From Octopus bimaculoides (Eukaryota): DNA of 64,000 nt. The position numbers and the translations under genes were made by a program. The stretch is taken from the NCBI RefSeq assembly GCF_001194135.2, contig NC_068984.1:58146303-58210302 (forward strand). Reading direction: 5' to 3'. The notes under the pieces are model-generated. The model was not told the origin of the DNA. It searched no databases and was given only the letters and a program-made list of their open reading frames with translations. This document shows, piece after piece, positions 1 to 13,700 of the stretch. How positions within the stretch are numbered: the stretch's first letter is position 1; every line of letters begins with the position of its first letter.

Positions 1-83
1 GAAATCTTGGCTGGTTCTGAAAGAAAGAAAAAGTTTTTGCTGTCAATGGTTCCTGTGACTCCCAAACCATTGGGAACTGTGAG
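1..83 (+). CDS. NIPBL: NIPBL window exon 1 (starts before the window)
   Basis: EILAGSERKKKFLLSMVPVTPKPLGTV + AG|gtatca. The phase-2 end is completed by G1619 (AGG, Arg). Resembles NIPBL ..RKKFL.. Confidence 0.8.
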
Positions 84-3000
84 GTATCATATCTTTTATG
101 CATTAGCAATTTTGAAACTATCAATTCAATTAGATAATAAATATTCTTACCTGGGTTTAGGATGGAGTAGTGAGAAAGGATCTTCAGACATTGGGCCTTG
201 CAGAGGAGATGACAAAGGACTGAGACTCCTGGTGGTTTGCTGTGCTTGAGAAGACACATCAAGCTAAGTAAAACTGTAGCCATCTATACATACAGGTATG
301 TTCTCTACATCCCTCTCTCTCAGCTCTGAGGTCCTTCCCTTGAGGGCTTGCAAGTGCTGGTGTCACGTAAAAAGTGCTCATGCCAATGTCACATAAAGGT
401 GCCTATGCCAGTGTCACATGAGATGCACCCAGTACATTCTGTAAAGTGGTTGGCATTAGGAAGTGTATTCAACTGTAGAAACTATGCCAAAATAAACGGT
501 TGGAACCTGGGTAACTCCCCAACTGGTCATTTCCTGTCAAACCATCCAACATATATATGCCAGCACGGAAAGCAAACATTAAATGATGATGATGATGTTT
601 CAGATAATGGTAGTTTGATTAGTGAAAGAAATTATTGGTTTTGGGAATGGATTTAGAACATAGAAAAGCATACTTTCATATTTTGGAGGAAACTTCTTTG
701 GAGTGAGAATGAAGTAGTGGTTAGCCCCAGGTCAAGTTTGATTGAGCAAAGCCATCCTATGGTCAAACGTGTCCTAGACATGACCATTCCATCTATTTTT
801 CCAGATTTAGTGTATCTAAATCTGTATTATTCAAATGTTTTTTTTAAGATGGTAGAATATGATTTCAGGATTTAACAGTTATTTCTAGCAACTATTAAAA
901 GACTCCCTCATTAGCTTGGAATAGAAGAGTTGCTTAGCCTCAAGACTGAGCACCTCTGTGATAAAAGGCAACTAAATTATCCAAAAAATCCTTCTTTTAA
1001 AGCTGGTAGTGTGTGGTTTGAGAGAGAGAAAATTATTGTTGCTAGCAAGTTGAGCAATTACATAAAGGCTCCCTTTTTAGTTCAGAATAACATTATTTAG
1101 TTTGTTGAGAACATCAATGAATGTGGAGGCTTAATACTTGAGATTATATAGCCCAACTACCTTTATTCTTGCGGGAGTTGTCAGAAGAAACCTGAATGAG
1201 ATGAAAATGATTTTATATGTTCTTTCGCCTAAATAAGATATTTTGTAAAGTTTGTCTGTTTGATATATGAAAAATTTATATTTGGGTTAACAAAATAAGC
1301 TCAGACATAAGGATTTGAAGTTGTTAAAAATAACTAAAGCAAATATAATCGACAATACCTAGAACTATTTAAGATAGGTTATGATCAAGCCAGAATACAG
1401 TAAGAAAAAAAAAAAAAACAGCAAAAACATTCATATGACTCTATCTAACAAATGATAGTTGTATATAGAATTGATGTTTATATTGAATTCATTCTAATCT
1501 TTATTTAGCTCTGAAGATTCTGAGTTATAAAATTCAAATAATTAGCAAATATGAGTGAAAAAGATGAATGTACAAATTCATTTAAAATTCAAAGGATGTT
1601 TATTCTTTTTGTAAACAGGACATCAAATTACTTACTTGTTTATCAAGAGGCCTGTCTTGCAGCTTGTTATTTGAGTTCAAGAAGACCTTTTGCACAGAGT
1701 TTTGATATATATTTGACTCAGGTATGGTATTTGAATTAAGGATTTCTGACATTTCTAGTGCAGTATGTAATTTCATTCATTCATTCATATATATATNNNN
1801 NNNNNNNNNNNNNNNNNNNNNNNNNNNNNNNNNNNNNNNNNNNNNNNNNNNNNNNNNNNTGGATGTGTGTGTGTGTGTGTGTATGAAATCAATTCTTAAG
1901 TATCATAAATTTGAGATAAAAGTCTCTATTTTTAATTTAGTATTTATGAAACCTTTTACAGAATATTTTATATTATTTATAAAACATATTTGAGTTATAT
2001 TTCTCTTATAGTGAATATCTTTTCAGATCAGTTTTTCATCATATTAATTAATCATTATGATGAAGTAAAACTTTAGCAAAACGTTTGTTTGATAATATAG
2101 TTTCAGGTTTTAAAATTATATATTTTGTTTTACAGATCTTGCGGGTACTTAGTGAAACAGCTGTTGCTGTGAGAACAAAGGCTATGAAATGCTTATCTGC
2201 AGTTGTTGAAGCTGACCCGAGTATCTTGGCACGGGTAAAAATTAATTTTTCCTCATTTGCTTTTTTGGCTTTTTATTTTAAGCTTAGAGGTTACTTCATT
2301 TTTTTGGGGGAGGGAAGTTTTATAACATTATTTTTTAATGATTTAGTTTTTGCAGTGTCTCACATTAAGCAGTTCAGTTAGCTTGTCTAACGTTGAACAT
2401 TCAAATGAATTCTAAATTAGGATTTTTGGAAATAACCACTCAGAGTATTTATTAGAATTAGATAAGTACAGCATTTGTTTTGTGCGTGCGTGTGTGCGCA
2501 ATGAATTAGCAATTGTATTAATGTATCAAAACAGTATATTTACTAAAGTTGTTCATAAAAAGTGGAAGAAATTACCATTTTCTATAAAATTAAAGTAACA
2601 GAAATTCATATTACTTGTCCAATTGAAATAATAGTCAAACTAGAGTTAAAATAAGATGCAGTGACTTCGAATTCAGGTGGAGAGGTGAATCTCTTAGTTT
2701 AGAAAGAGAGTTGAGAAGTAGAGTGTACCTTAAATATTCAGACAAAGATTTTTTGATTAATTAAAAGTATGTGTAACTTCCCATTGTGCGTGTGTGTGTG
2801 TGTGTGTGCGCTAGCTACATTGAATTTTTATTGTTCAGTGTTGACCCTAATAGAGCAGATCTATCATTAAAAGATATTCCAACCTTGGTCATCCTGTCCT
2901 TTTATATATCTAATGCTGTATTACCCAACGTGATTCTTCTTTTACTTAAAAATAATTTTTAAGAAAATGTGTGTAATCTGTAGAATAGTTGACTGCATTT

Positions 3001-6000
3001 TCTAGTTGGTTAAGCAACTGCCTAAAGGCTTCTCCACTGGCTCAAGACTTGAATCCTTGTACAGTTTTTGATAGTTTTTATAATGGTCCTGTGGAAAAGG
3101 TACAAAACTTGAATTGACATAAGCACACTTAGTAGAGAATTTATCTTTAACTTTCTAACATGTTGCTTTATCAAAAATAGGAATGTTGGTTCATAATTTC
3201 ATTCCTACTTTTCACTCCACCTTGAGCAGTTACATATTTTCTAATAGGACCAGCATGGAAGAAATTACCATTTACTATAAAATTAGAGTAACAGAAATTC
3301 ATATTACTTGTCCACTTGAAATAATATTCAAACTAGAGTGCATGATAGTTAAAATAAAATACAGTCACTTCGAATTCAGGTGGAGAGGTGAAGAGAACTG
3401 TTTCACAACCATATGGTTTGGATTTTGATATTTGTTGCTGAAAATAACTCTTGATAAATTATTTTAAATTAGGTTCATCGCTGAGTAAAAGGATTGTGTC
3501 ATGTTTTGATTCTGTATGATTTAGCAACCCAGTAGAGTTTTTGTCCTTGAGATAAAATCCATTTATGACCATTTTGCATGTATGTATGTGAATTTGATGT
3601 TAAAAACTATTGGAATAAAGTGTCTTTCTTGAAAAGTATTGACATCAGAAAGGGCATCCAGTTGTAGTAGTTTGGCACAAGAAATTTTCTCCACTTGTAT
3701 CAGCATGGAAAACATACACATAAAAATAATGATTAATGGTGGATGACTAATTCAAATTGCATTTTTTTTTCAGGATGATATGCAGCGAGGTGTCCATGGC
3801 AGATTTCTTGATCAATCAACATCAGTACGTGAAGCAGCAGTTGAGCTAGTGGGTAAATTTATTTTGATCCGTCCAGAACTCATCCCAAAGTACTATGATA
3901 TGTTATGTGACCGAATTTTGGTAAGTTTCTTTTCTTTTGTCTTAATTATATAATGCTTTTGATTTCATCAGAATAATTTGTCTTTACCTTTATTTCAGTT
4001 TTTCTGTAATATTAATTTATGATAGCAATACAAGAAAATGTGAAGTGTAATGGAATTAAAACTGTGACATATCCTTATTTATATTATTCCAGGATACTGG
4101 TATCAGTGTTCGCAAAAGGGTAATCAAAATTTTCAAAGATATATGCTTGGAACAACCAGATTTTAATAAAATACCTGAAATGTGTGTGAAGATGATACGT
4201 AGGGTAAATGATGAAGAAGGAATAAAGGTAATTTTTTTTCATAACTTTTTCTATTTTGTGGGAAAAGTTGGTGGGAAGTAACTCTTGTACACTTAGTTGA
4301 TGTTTGTTGCTGAAAATAATTGTCATGATTCATTTTAAATTGGGTTCATAAATGAATAAAAATGAGCTAAAAACTGCCACACTAAAGGAATTAAAGTGTG
4401 TCATGTGCTGTGTACAATGAGATCTGAAATGATGATTTGCATATTTATTCTTAATATGTTCCAGCAGATTCAAACACAAATATGCTAGTTGCTGTTATGT
4501 GTGTCAGAGAAGAACAACTCATTTTTATGACAACAGTATGTTAATAACGTGCTTGGCTGATTTGCTCAAGGGATTCTGAGAGACCAGCATTTTGACATGT
4601 TTTGGCTTGTCAGTCAAAAGTACCTGGATCACTGAGCCTAAACAAGTCACTGGCTTTGTCTATAATTTCAGCAAGCAAAACTGGCACCACATAAAAAAGA
4701 ACCCAGTGTATTCTGTAAAATGATTGACATAGGAAGGGCATCCAGCAATAGAAACCATGCAAAGCAGACAGTTAAGCTTGGCACAGTCCTCTGGCTTGCC
4801 AGCACCTGTCAAACCATCCAACCCATGCAAGCCTGGAAAACAAACATTAAACGATGACGATGAAAACTATTTATTGATCAATGTTTCGATCTGTCAACCA
4901 ATAAAAAATCGCTATTTGCACTGTGTAAAACCATGTGAACATGTACCACATTTTGATTAAGACTAGATAAACATTTAGCAAACTTTGAGTTTTAGTAATT
5001 TATTTAGAAGAAATGTAAAATGTTTCTAAGTTTGAATATCATACACGCCTGATTATTAATAAAAAATTTTGAAATTCGTTTTTGTGAACAGAAGTTAGTC
5101 AGTGAAGTGTTCCAAACAATGTGGTTTACCCCCTGCAAAGAGAAAGAATCACATGAAAAACTTTTACGGCGAGTTGTGAATATTACTGAAGTGGTGAGTT
5201 TTTCTTGATATTTACTGAACTCGAAATTCCATATTTTTATTTATCCAAGCAGTCATTTACAATTTTCATTTTTCCAACATCATGGTTTTAAAAATATGTT
5301 ATTTGAAAAATATGTTAATAAGAGAATTTCATCAAGTAATGTTCTTGATTAGAGGTATTCATTTTTGTTCTTTTCGTGTTAATTGATGAAAGCAAGGTTT
5401 GTGAGTTAATAGTTCCAGACAAAACAAAATTAGATCAAAAACAAATGCACGACAATTTGATTTAATATATTTTTATTTTTTCTCTTCATTCTTTTTTCTT
5501 TCACTGCTTTCATTTATTGGCCTGAATGCAATAATTTTTGTTTCTTCATTGAATTCTTTGTAAATCTTTTACATGTGGCATTTTTCTTGTTTTGCAAAGT
5601 TTTTTCAACATTTATGACATTATAAAGACAGTCAAATATTATTTACAGGATTAGACATAGGCATGACTGGTTAAGAAGTTCACTTCCTAACCACATGGTT
5701 TTGGGTTCAGTCCCACTGTATGGCTCCATGGGCAAGTGTCTACTATTATTGCACTGGGCCAATGAAAGCATTATGAGTGGATTTGGCAGGTAGAAACTAG
5801 AAGCCCATTGTGTACATGTGTCTTCTTTTCTTTACGTGACATGTAGTTGTGTGTGTCACTGTTCTACAGGTGGTGTCATTCATTTTCTGTCTTTATGAAG
5901 CCGTGTCCAGCCAAAGGGACATTACTTAACATAAAAACAGGTAAATGGCAACAAGAAGGGCATCCTGTGATAGAAAATATGCCCCATTGAATTCCATATG

Positions 6001-7687
6001 ATCCATGCAAGCGTGGGAAAGTGAACATCAGGATAATAATGATGATGCTAGTCTATCAAATAATTTCAAGGTTGTAGCTGTTTTACCTTTTCCTTGAAGA
6101 TAATGAAGGAGATCAGTCATTGATAGCTATCTTTGATTAGAAAATATCAACTATGTGTATGTGTCCCTTGTCTTAATATTGCATGGTAGTTGTAAATGAA
6201 TGTCATTGTCATACAAGCTGTGTCATTCATTTCCAATATTCTGCAAGAACATACCTGGCTATGGTGAGGCTAGCTGTAGAAAATCTGCTTAATAAATTTT
6301 GACTCATGCAAGCGCAGAAAAGTGGACATTAAACTGGTGCTAATGATATCCACACACATGCACACATGCTCGTGCACACACACATTTAAAAAATAGTTTT
6401 AAAAATGATTCTTGGTATAGTTACGAGATTTGAAAAAAAAACTGAATGACAAATCTTTTGGAAAGATGCATTTGTGATGTGTAATTGCTTTCCCTGTTTA
6501 CAGTATTTCAAACATTTTTTTTATGGGGTAATCTGTATAGAGGACGTTATTTTTAGTAGCAGCATTGCCTATTTCTGGTTTAGTTCCAGATTTAAAATTC
6601 TTAATAAGTTTTCTTCTTTTGTCTTTCATACTTGATCTTTTCCCCTCCTTTATTTTGAAAATGGGACTATTTTGAATTTTCTATTTGCATAAATGTATAG
6701 ATGTTCATTTCTAAGAGATGAATCTCTGACTTGTTGCTTATGTATCCTAATCCGATGTATTAATTTTGATCCTGTTTAGTTGATATAATTCTCATTGCAT
6801 TGTGGGCATGTGATGCAGTAAATGTGAATTTTTTGTCTTGCAATTCATATTTGTGTTAATCTTCATTCTTGAACCTTTTCATTTTGCCCTGTTCAGTTAT
6901 TTCACACACTCTATGAGGATTTCTTCTGATGTGAATTTCACCTTTGTTAAAAGTTTTTTAAGATTTCTTGGTTGTCTTCAGCTGTTGATGATTTGTGATT
7001 CCTTAATTATTTGGCTGAGATTTGATGATTGATGTAGGAACGGAAGGTATTGCTTGACCAAATACAAGATGTTTTGCTGCCTAGGATCATGAGTGACTAC
7101 AAATGAAATATTCTTTTTACTTTCGACTTTGCCCTCATTATTAGTGTTTCTTCATAAGACAGAGGCTGAGATCTTTTTTTTTTTTTTTTCTGCCTTGGTT
7201 AGTGCATGGGTTACTAAGTTTTTCAAGTATTTTTGTTTCAGAAGGAATATTTTTAGTTAAACCAGTTGTCTCTCTTCTATTTGTGTCCATGACTATTGAA
7301 TGTAAACATGGTGCACAAGGGGCAAATCACTCAGTTTGGATAGTCTTTCCTATGAGCTTTGCAGTAATACTTGTGTATATGTGTTTGTCTTTTATGACAT
7401 TTCCCTGACATTGATTCAGGAGCAGTGGCATTTAATTATATAGTATATCCTGCTACACAATGGATCAATGCGAAGACCAGTGGCATAAGTACCTTACTTG
7501 GAAACTTCCTCAAGAGTCTCATTAAAGGTGCAGGCATGGCTGTGTGGTAAGAAGCTTGCTTCACAACCACATAGTTCCAGGTTCAGTCCCACTGCATGAC
7601 AACCTGGACAAGTATCTTCAGTTATATCCTTAGACCAATCAAAGTCATGTGAGTGGATTTGGTAGTCAGAAACTGAAAGAAATCCGT

Positions 7688-7732
<45 letters not shown>

Positions 7733-7749
7733 NNNNNNNNNNTCATCAC

Positions 7750-7782
<33 letters not shown>

Positions 7783-10700
7783 TGTCGTCATCTGTGTGTG
7801 TGTGTGTGTATCTTTGTGTCAGTGTTTGTCTCCTACCACCACTTGACAACCAGTGCTGGTGTGTTTACGTTCCTGTAACTTAGGTTTGGCTAAAGCAACC
7901 AATAAAATAAGTATTAGGCTTTAAAAAAACAAATAAGTTCTGGAGTTGCTTTGTTTGACCAAAACTCTTCAAGGTGATGTCCCAGCATGGCCGCAGTCAA
8001 ATGACTGAAACACGTAAAAGATAAAAGATAAGCCCTGAAATCAGGTAAAAGCGGACACACATACACATAACCAGAATATAATAAATGGTGTTGACTATGA
8101 TGGTATATTTATTATTACTTTATGAAATTTTCTTTTAATTTTTAGGTTGCAGCTTGCAAGGATTCTGGTATTGAATTCTTTGAACAAATGTTGGAAAATG
8201 TGAGTAGTCACTTGATGGTTTGTTGTTAATAAAAAATATTCATATATTTTATAAAATATAATTAAAATGTTATTTTTCTTCAATATTTTTTAAAATACCA
8301 GAACTCCATATATAAGTATATTGTTTTGATAATTTTGCCAACAGAAATGCATTTACCATTTTAGATAACTTAACGTGTTGTGATACTCTAAAAGTGTCTC
8401 ACTTGAGATTTGCTGTCTGTCACAGATGATCAAAACTGAAGTCTTTTGTGGCTCCAAGGAAGAAGTCTAGTCTTCAGAATATAGCTTTGTTGATGTGTGT
8501 GCTCAGTCAGTAAGAAAGATATGATGATAGTAATGAAATTAAGATAATAAAAGGCAGAAAGGCAAGAATAGTTTTGTATTGCTGTCGCAACAATTGATTA
8601 GGTTGAACTGAAAGTTGTTTTCTTTGATGATTGGCACTACAACATATCATCAGTTGTTACAAAAGTATATCAAGTACACTATAAAGAGAAAAATAAAGAG
8701 TTTCAAGCTGCTAATATATCAGATTATGAATGTGCTAAAAAGACATGCAAACAGCTCAGAGTAGAGCTAAGTTGGCTACACTATAACAGCCTGATATAAA
8801 TGTTTGTTTATCTTCAATCAGTGCTGATTGACCAGACCTATGATTAAAAGCATTCAAATTGTGCCTCTTCTTCATTTTAGATGTAGGTTTACATTATCCA
8901 ATGTGTCATTTCCTTTCTCAAGTTGGTAATGTGTAAGTTGAAGAAGATTAGGCTGCTAGTTCTAGCAGATTGAGGGACCTTGTAGAGGCTCCTTTGTTCT
9001 TGCAGCCGTCACCATCGTCATTTAACATCCATTTACCATGCTGGCATGGGTTGGATAGCTTGACAAGAACTGGCAAAGGCCAGGCACTGCACTAGCTTCC
9101 ATAGTCTGTTTTGGCTTGGTTTCTACAGCTGGATGCCCTTCCTAATGCCAACCACTTTACAATGTGTACTGAATGCTTTTTATGTGGCATCATCATCAGT
9201 GATTTTTAGTAGCAGTAGAAATAGATATTGAAATTTCAAGTAGAAATAGTTAAGTATTAAGCACGAGATATTCTATTGCATTCTAAAAGTTGCTTTTGAT
9301 CTACGAGAAAAATTGAAACTCTGAGCAGCTTTAAACCAAAGCTATGTTATGCTTATAGTTTGTTTGTGGAACTGCATGAGATTTTTTATTTATGTGTGTT
9401 TGTTTAAATTATCCTTTTCTTTTGAATGTAAATATACATTTGCAGCTGTTAAAAGAAGATGAAAATGGGAAAGTCAACAAAAGTGCACTTCAAGCTTGTC
9501 GCCAAATTGTAAATTGCCTTGTCGGTAATGTTTTATCATTGGAAGAAAAATCTGTAGGTGAGCTTGATTTCACTTCTATTTTCCTGTTTGATACTTAATC
9601 AAACATAATTCTACTTAGATTATAAAATATTGTCCTTTCCTAATGCCTTTCATTTTATGTGAGGTTAGCATCTCAAGATCAGGTTTTACCACTTTGCCAA
9701 ATTTATCCTGTGGCCTCTCAATTCTTGGTTTTGCTTCCATGTCTGAGATTTCTTCTCTAAGAAATTTATCATTTTGATATTATATTATTTAATTAGCTCT
9801 GGCTTATCATCATTACAATTTTTTAATATCTGTGAAAGATTACAACAATTTGACTTAAATAAAAAAGATTAGGAATCATTCATTTTGTCATTGATTCATT
9901 GAATGCATACAGATGCATTAGCTATATTTATACCAACTTTCTTTCCTTTCCTCCTAATTCCTCTATCTCTTTTTCCCCACTCTCCTTCCTAAAGAAGATG
10001 AATGATCATTCCTAAATATTTTAAGGGTTTACTTTATTATAATTAATTTCTTTCAAGAAACAGAGGATGGATCTGGAAATAATAGTGAACATTTAGTAGC
10101 TTGTCTGTCGACGTTATACATGTTCAGTAAGATAAGACCCGATTTAGCTGTGCATCATGGAACAACCTTGCAGCCTTACCTGGATATCAAGTGCAATGTT
10201 AGTAACATTTAAAATTATGCTTTATGATTTTGATCTCAATATCATTTTATGAATTTTGGTCACAGATTACTTTAGTGTGTCACTGTTTATGATTAAAACT
10301 TTGAAAAGATAGTTGAATTTATATGACATTCTTTATTGATATCTGTTGCTAATGAAATTTATGTAAATTTCTATAACCTAGCTCTGTAAGTCATCACCAT
10401 CACAGTTATTATTTATCTTAATGCTGTTAATGTTCATCAAAGTAGCACAAATTTCGATTGTCCTAAAATGAATTTGAGATTATTGATTTTTTTCATTTAG
10501 ATAACACTGATATGTTAATGAGTTCTTGTTTTTTTTTATTAATATTTTGAATAGAAATATCAAGCAAATGTTAATATTCTAAATTTTCTGCCTTGAATTT
10601 CTTTTAAATATCTTTCATTTGGCATTATAATGACTTCATAATATTTAAAAATTTTGTTAAATATTAACTAATTCTGTTCATATATTTTTCTTAGACCGTA

Positions 10701-13700
10701 GAAGACACAATGGTTCTTCATCATGTTGCCAGAATATTAGAATTAATTGTGCCTCTGATGGACCACCCAAGTGAATCATTCCTTGCACAGTTGGAAGAAG
10801 ACATGATAAAATTAATTCTTAAGCATGGCATGATGGTAAATTGACAATTTTCATTTATTAGTAACAGTTATCTATGTTACTCGAGTGTGTGTGTGTGTGC
10901 GTGTGTGTGCTCGCACGCACAAAACTTAGCCATGCAGTAAAAAATATATTTTTCTGCAGAAAAGATAGGTATGTTATTGCATGCATTATGCTATATTTTG
11001 TCAAGATCACACCAGTGTATAACATTTAAATTTTGAATAGGGAAAGGTTTAATGTTTTGTTGAGGAGGGATGTAATCATTTACATTTGTGTAGCCTGTAT
11101 TATTGGTACTTATTTGATTAGTCTTGGAGGACTGAAAATTGGTCATTAAGGGTGGCATTCAGACTCAAAACAGATGTACTAAATTAGTTTTATTAAGAGA
11201 TGGTTGTAACTGTGCAAAACACTATATATAGTATGTTTTGTACAGTTACAACCATCCCTGCTCCTTTAGGATATAAATATATTCATTCAGTGAAAAAATA
11301 AAGTGATGTACATCACATTTTAAACATCAGTCTAGTTTTACTAGTAATAAATAAACTTTTATTCAAGTTTCTGTACTTATGTAAATTAGTTAATCTAGTA
11401 TTAATACTGTGATGAATATAAATACATCACATTTTTTTACCTTTTTGAAGTATTTGTTTTATGTTTCTTATTTTTATACTGAACACTAACCAAATTGTGT
11501 TGTTAACCAGGGTACACAACTTACATTGCAATACATTGCTATATGTGAGAAAACTGATTTATTTTTATAATAAAATTTCCATTTGCTCTCTTTATCAATA
11601 TGGCAGTATGCCTGTTCTAGTTTTTTTTTTATAATCAACTAATTAAGTGCAGCTTCTTACTTCATTGCTCAGTATTAGTTGAATATGCAAAGATTTTATT
11701 TTCTCTACTGATTGTCTAGTTTTACATTCTATAATTCGTCATCATTTAATGTCTGTCTTCCATGCTGGCATGGATTGGACAGTTTGTAAGGAGTTGGCAA
11801 GCCAGAGAGCTGCATCAGCTCTATTGTGTTGAGTGAATATTTTTTTGAGTTGTGAACATGACAAACATTTTGTATTTAATCTTTTAGGTTTCTTCTAAAT
11901 CTAGACTTGATTTTTTTTTTCTGTGTGACTTGAAGTTAAAATACTTTATCTTTACAAACTTTAGGTTTTGCAGAGTTGTGTGAGTTGTTTAGGAGCTGTT
12001 GTGAACAATGTCAGTCATAATTACAGGCTGGTCAAAGACTGTTTTCAAAAATTCTTTGGTTAGTATATTAAGAAAATTAATATTTTTGTATATTTTGAAT
12101 GCAATTTTCATTTGCTTTGTATTTTTATTCATTTACCTTTATCTATATCTATATAGCTGAGTTTGTGAGTGTGTGTGTGTGTGTGTATTGCATCTATAGA
12201 AATCCACACCTTACAAGATAGCAATCTGGGAGTTGCACCAATGGAGCCTTCATGGTCGAAAATGCCCGGAATTGGCCATTTGTTTTATTTTGGTTGCTTC
12301 CTAACATGTGAATTTTTGCATTAAAAATAATTTTAAACCATCAATTCTAACAATTTTCAAATCGCCATTATTTGCAACCATGAGTTCAGTCCCCTTCTAC
12401 CTATGGTGTAAAAACAGATAGAGAGAGTGAGAGAGAAACATAACAGATTTTTTCAATATCGTATTTTTACTGGAGTATTTTGTAAACAATGTTACGAAAC
12501 TTCATGTTTTCGAATTATATATATATATATNNNNNNNNNNNNNNNNNNNNNNNNNNNNNNNNNNNNNNNNNNNNNNNNNNNNNNNNNNNNNNNNNNNNNN
12601 NNNNNNNNNNNNNNNNNNNNNNNNNNNNNNNNNNNNNNNNNNNNNNNNNNNNNNNNNNNNNNNNNNNNNNNNNNNNNNNNNNNNNNNNNNNNNNNNNNNN
12701 NNNNNNNNNNNNNNNNNNNNNNNNNNNNNNNNNNNNNNNNNNNNNNNNNNNNNNNNNNNNNNNNNNNNNNNNNNNNNNNNNNNNNNNNNNNNNNNNNNNN
12801 NNNNNNNNNNNNNNNNNNNNNNNNNNNNNNNNNNNNNNCTACAGCCTCACGCTGACCAAAATCTTGAGTGGATTTCTTACTTGGAAACTGAAGGAAGACT
12901 GTCGTATATATGTGTATATTTGTATATGTGTGTGCCTGTGTCTTGTGTTTGTACCCCCACCATTGCTTGACAACTGATGTTGCTGTGTTTACATTCCCGT
13001 AACTTAGCGGTTTGGTAAAAGACACTGACACAATGAGTACTATGCTTACAAAGAATAAATCCTGTGGTTGATTTCTTCGACCAACGGCGGTGCTCCACCA
13101 TGGCCGCAGTCACATGACTGAAACAAGTAAAGCAATAAAAATCTATGCCATTTTAATCCTGAGCAAGGCCGGGTATCTCTGCTAGTCAATAATAAAACCA
13201 GTGCTTTCCTATTTAACCCTTTAGCATTTAAACCAGCCATATCCAGCTAAAATATTCTACGAGTTTTATGTTCAAACTGAACAGATCTGGGCTCTCACAC
13301 TTACCCTACAATATTATTCCAAAAATAAATACATCATTGAAATTTCAAAGCTACAGGATAATGCATGACTAATCCAAATTGATGTGAATAAATAAGCATT
13401 ATATTTGACAGAAATTTTAACAGATTCCTATTTGTTATAAAACTTAATGGATAGTTATGTGATGATTTTCATGGGTCACAGTACTCACTTTGTTAAAGTA
13501 ATGATTTTCTGTTGTCAACAAAATTTGCCCAGGTTTTGGCTTAACATTTGTAGTTGTTATTCCCACAATGCATTACATACAGTTCAAACAATCCTCCCCC
13601 CATTTGCTGCAGCTTTAGAGATGTCTCTGTAAAAGTCTTTACCAATTTGAGATAGATTTTCACAAGTTTTTCTTCCAAATCCATTGTTTGACATACAACA

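Noticed and set aside
84-91. Donor GTATCATA considered as a U12-type intron
   Set aside because: It does not match GTATCCTT and I found no U12 branch site; treated as a U2 intron.
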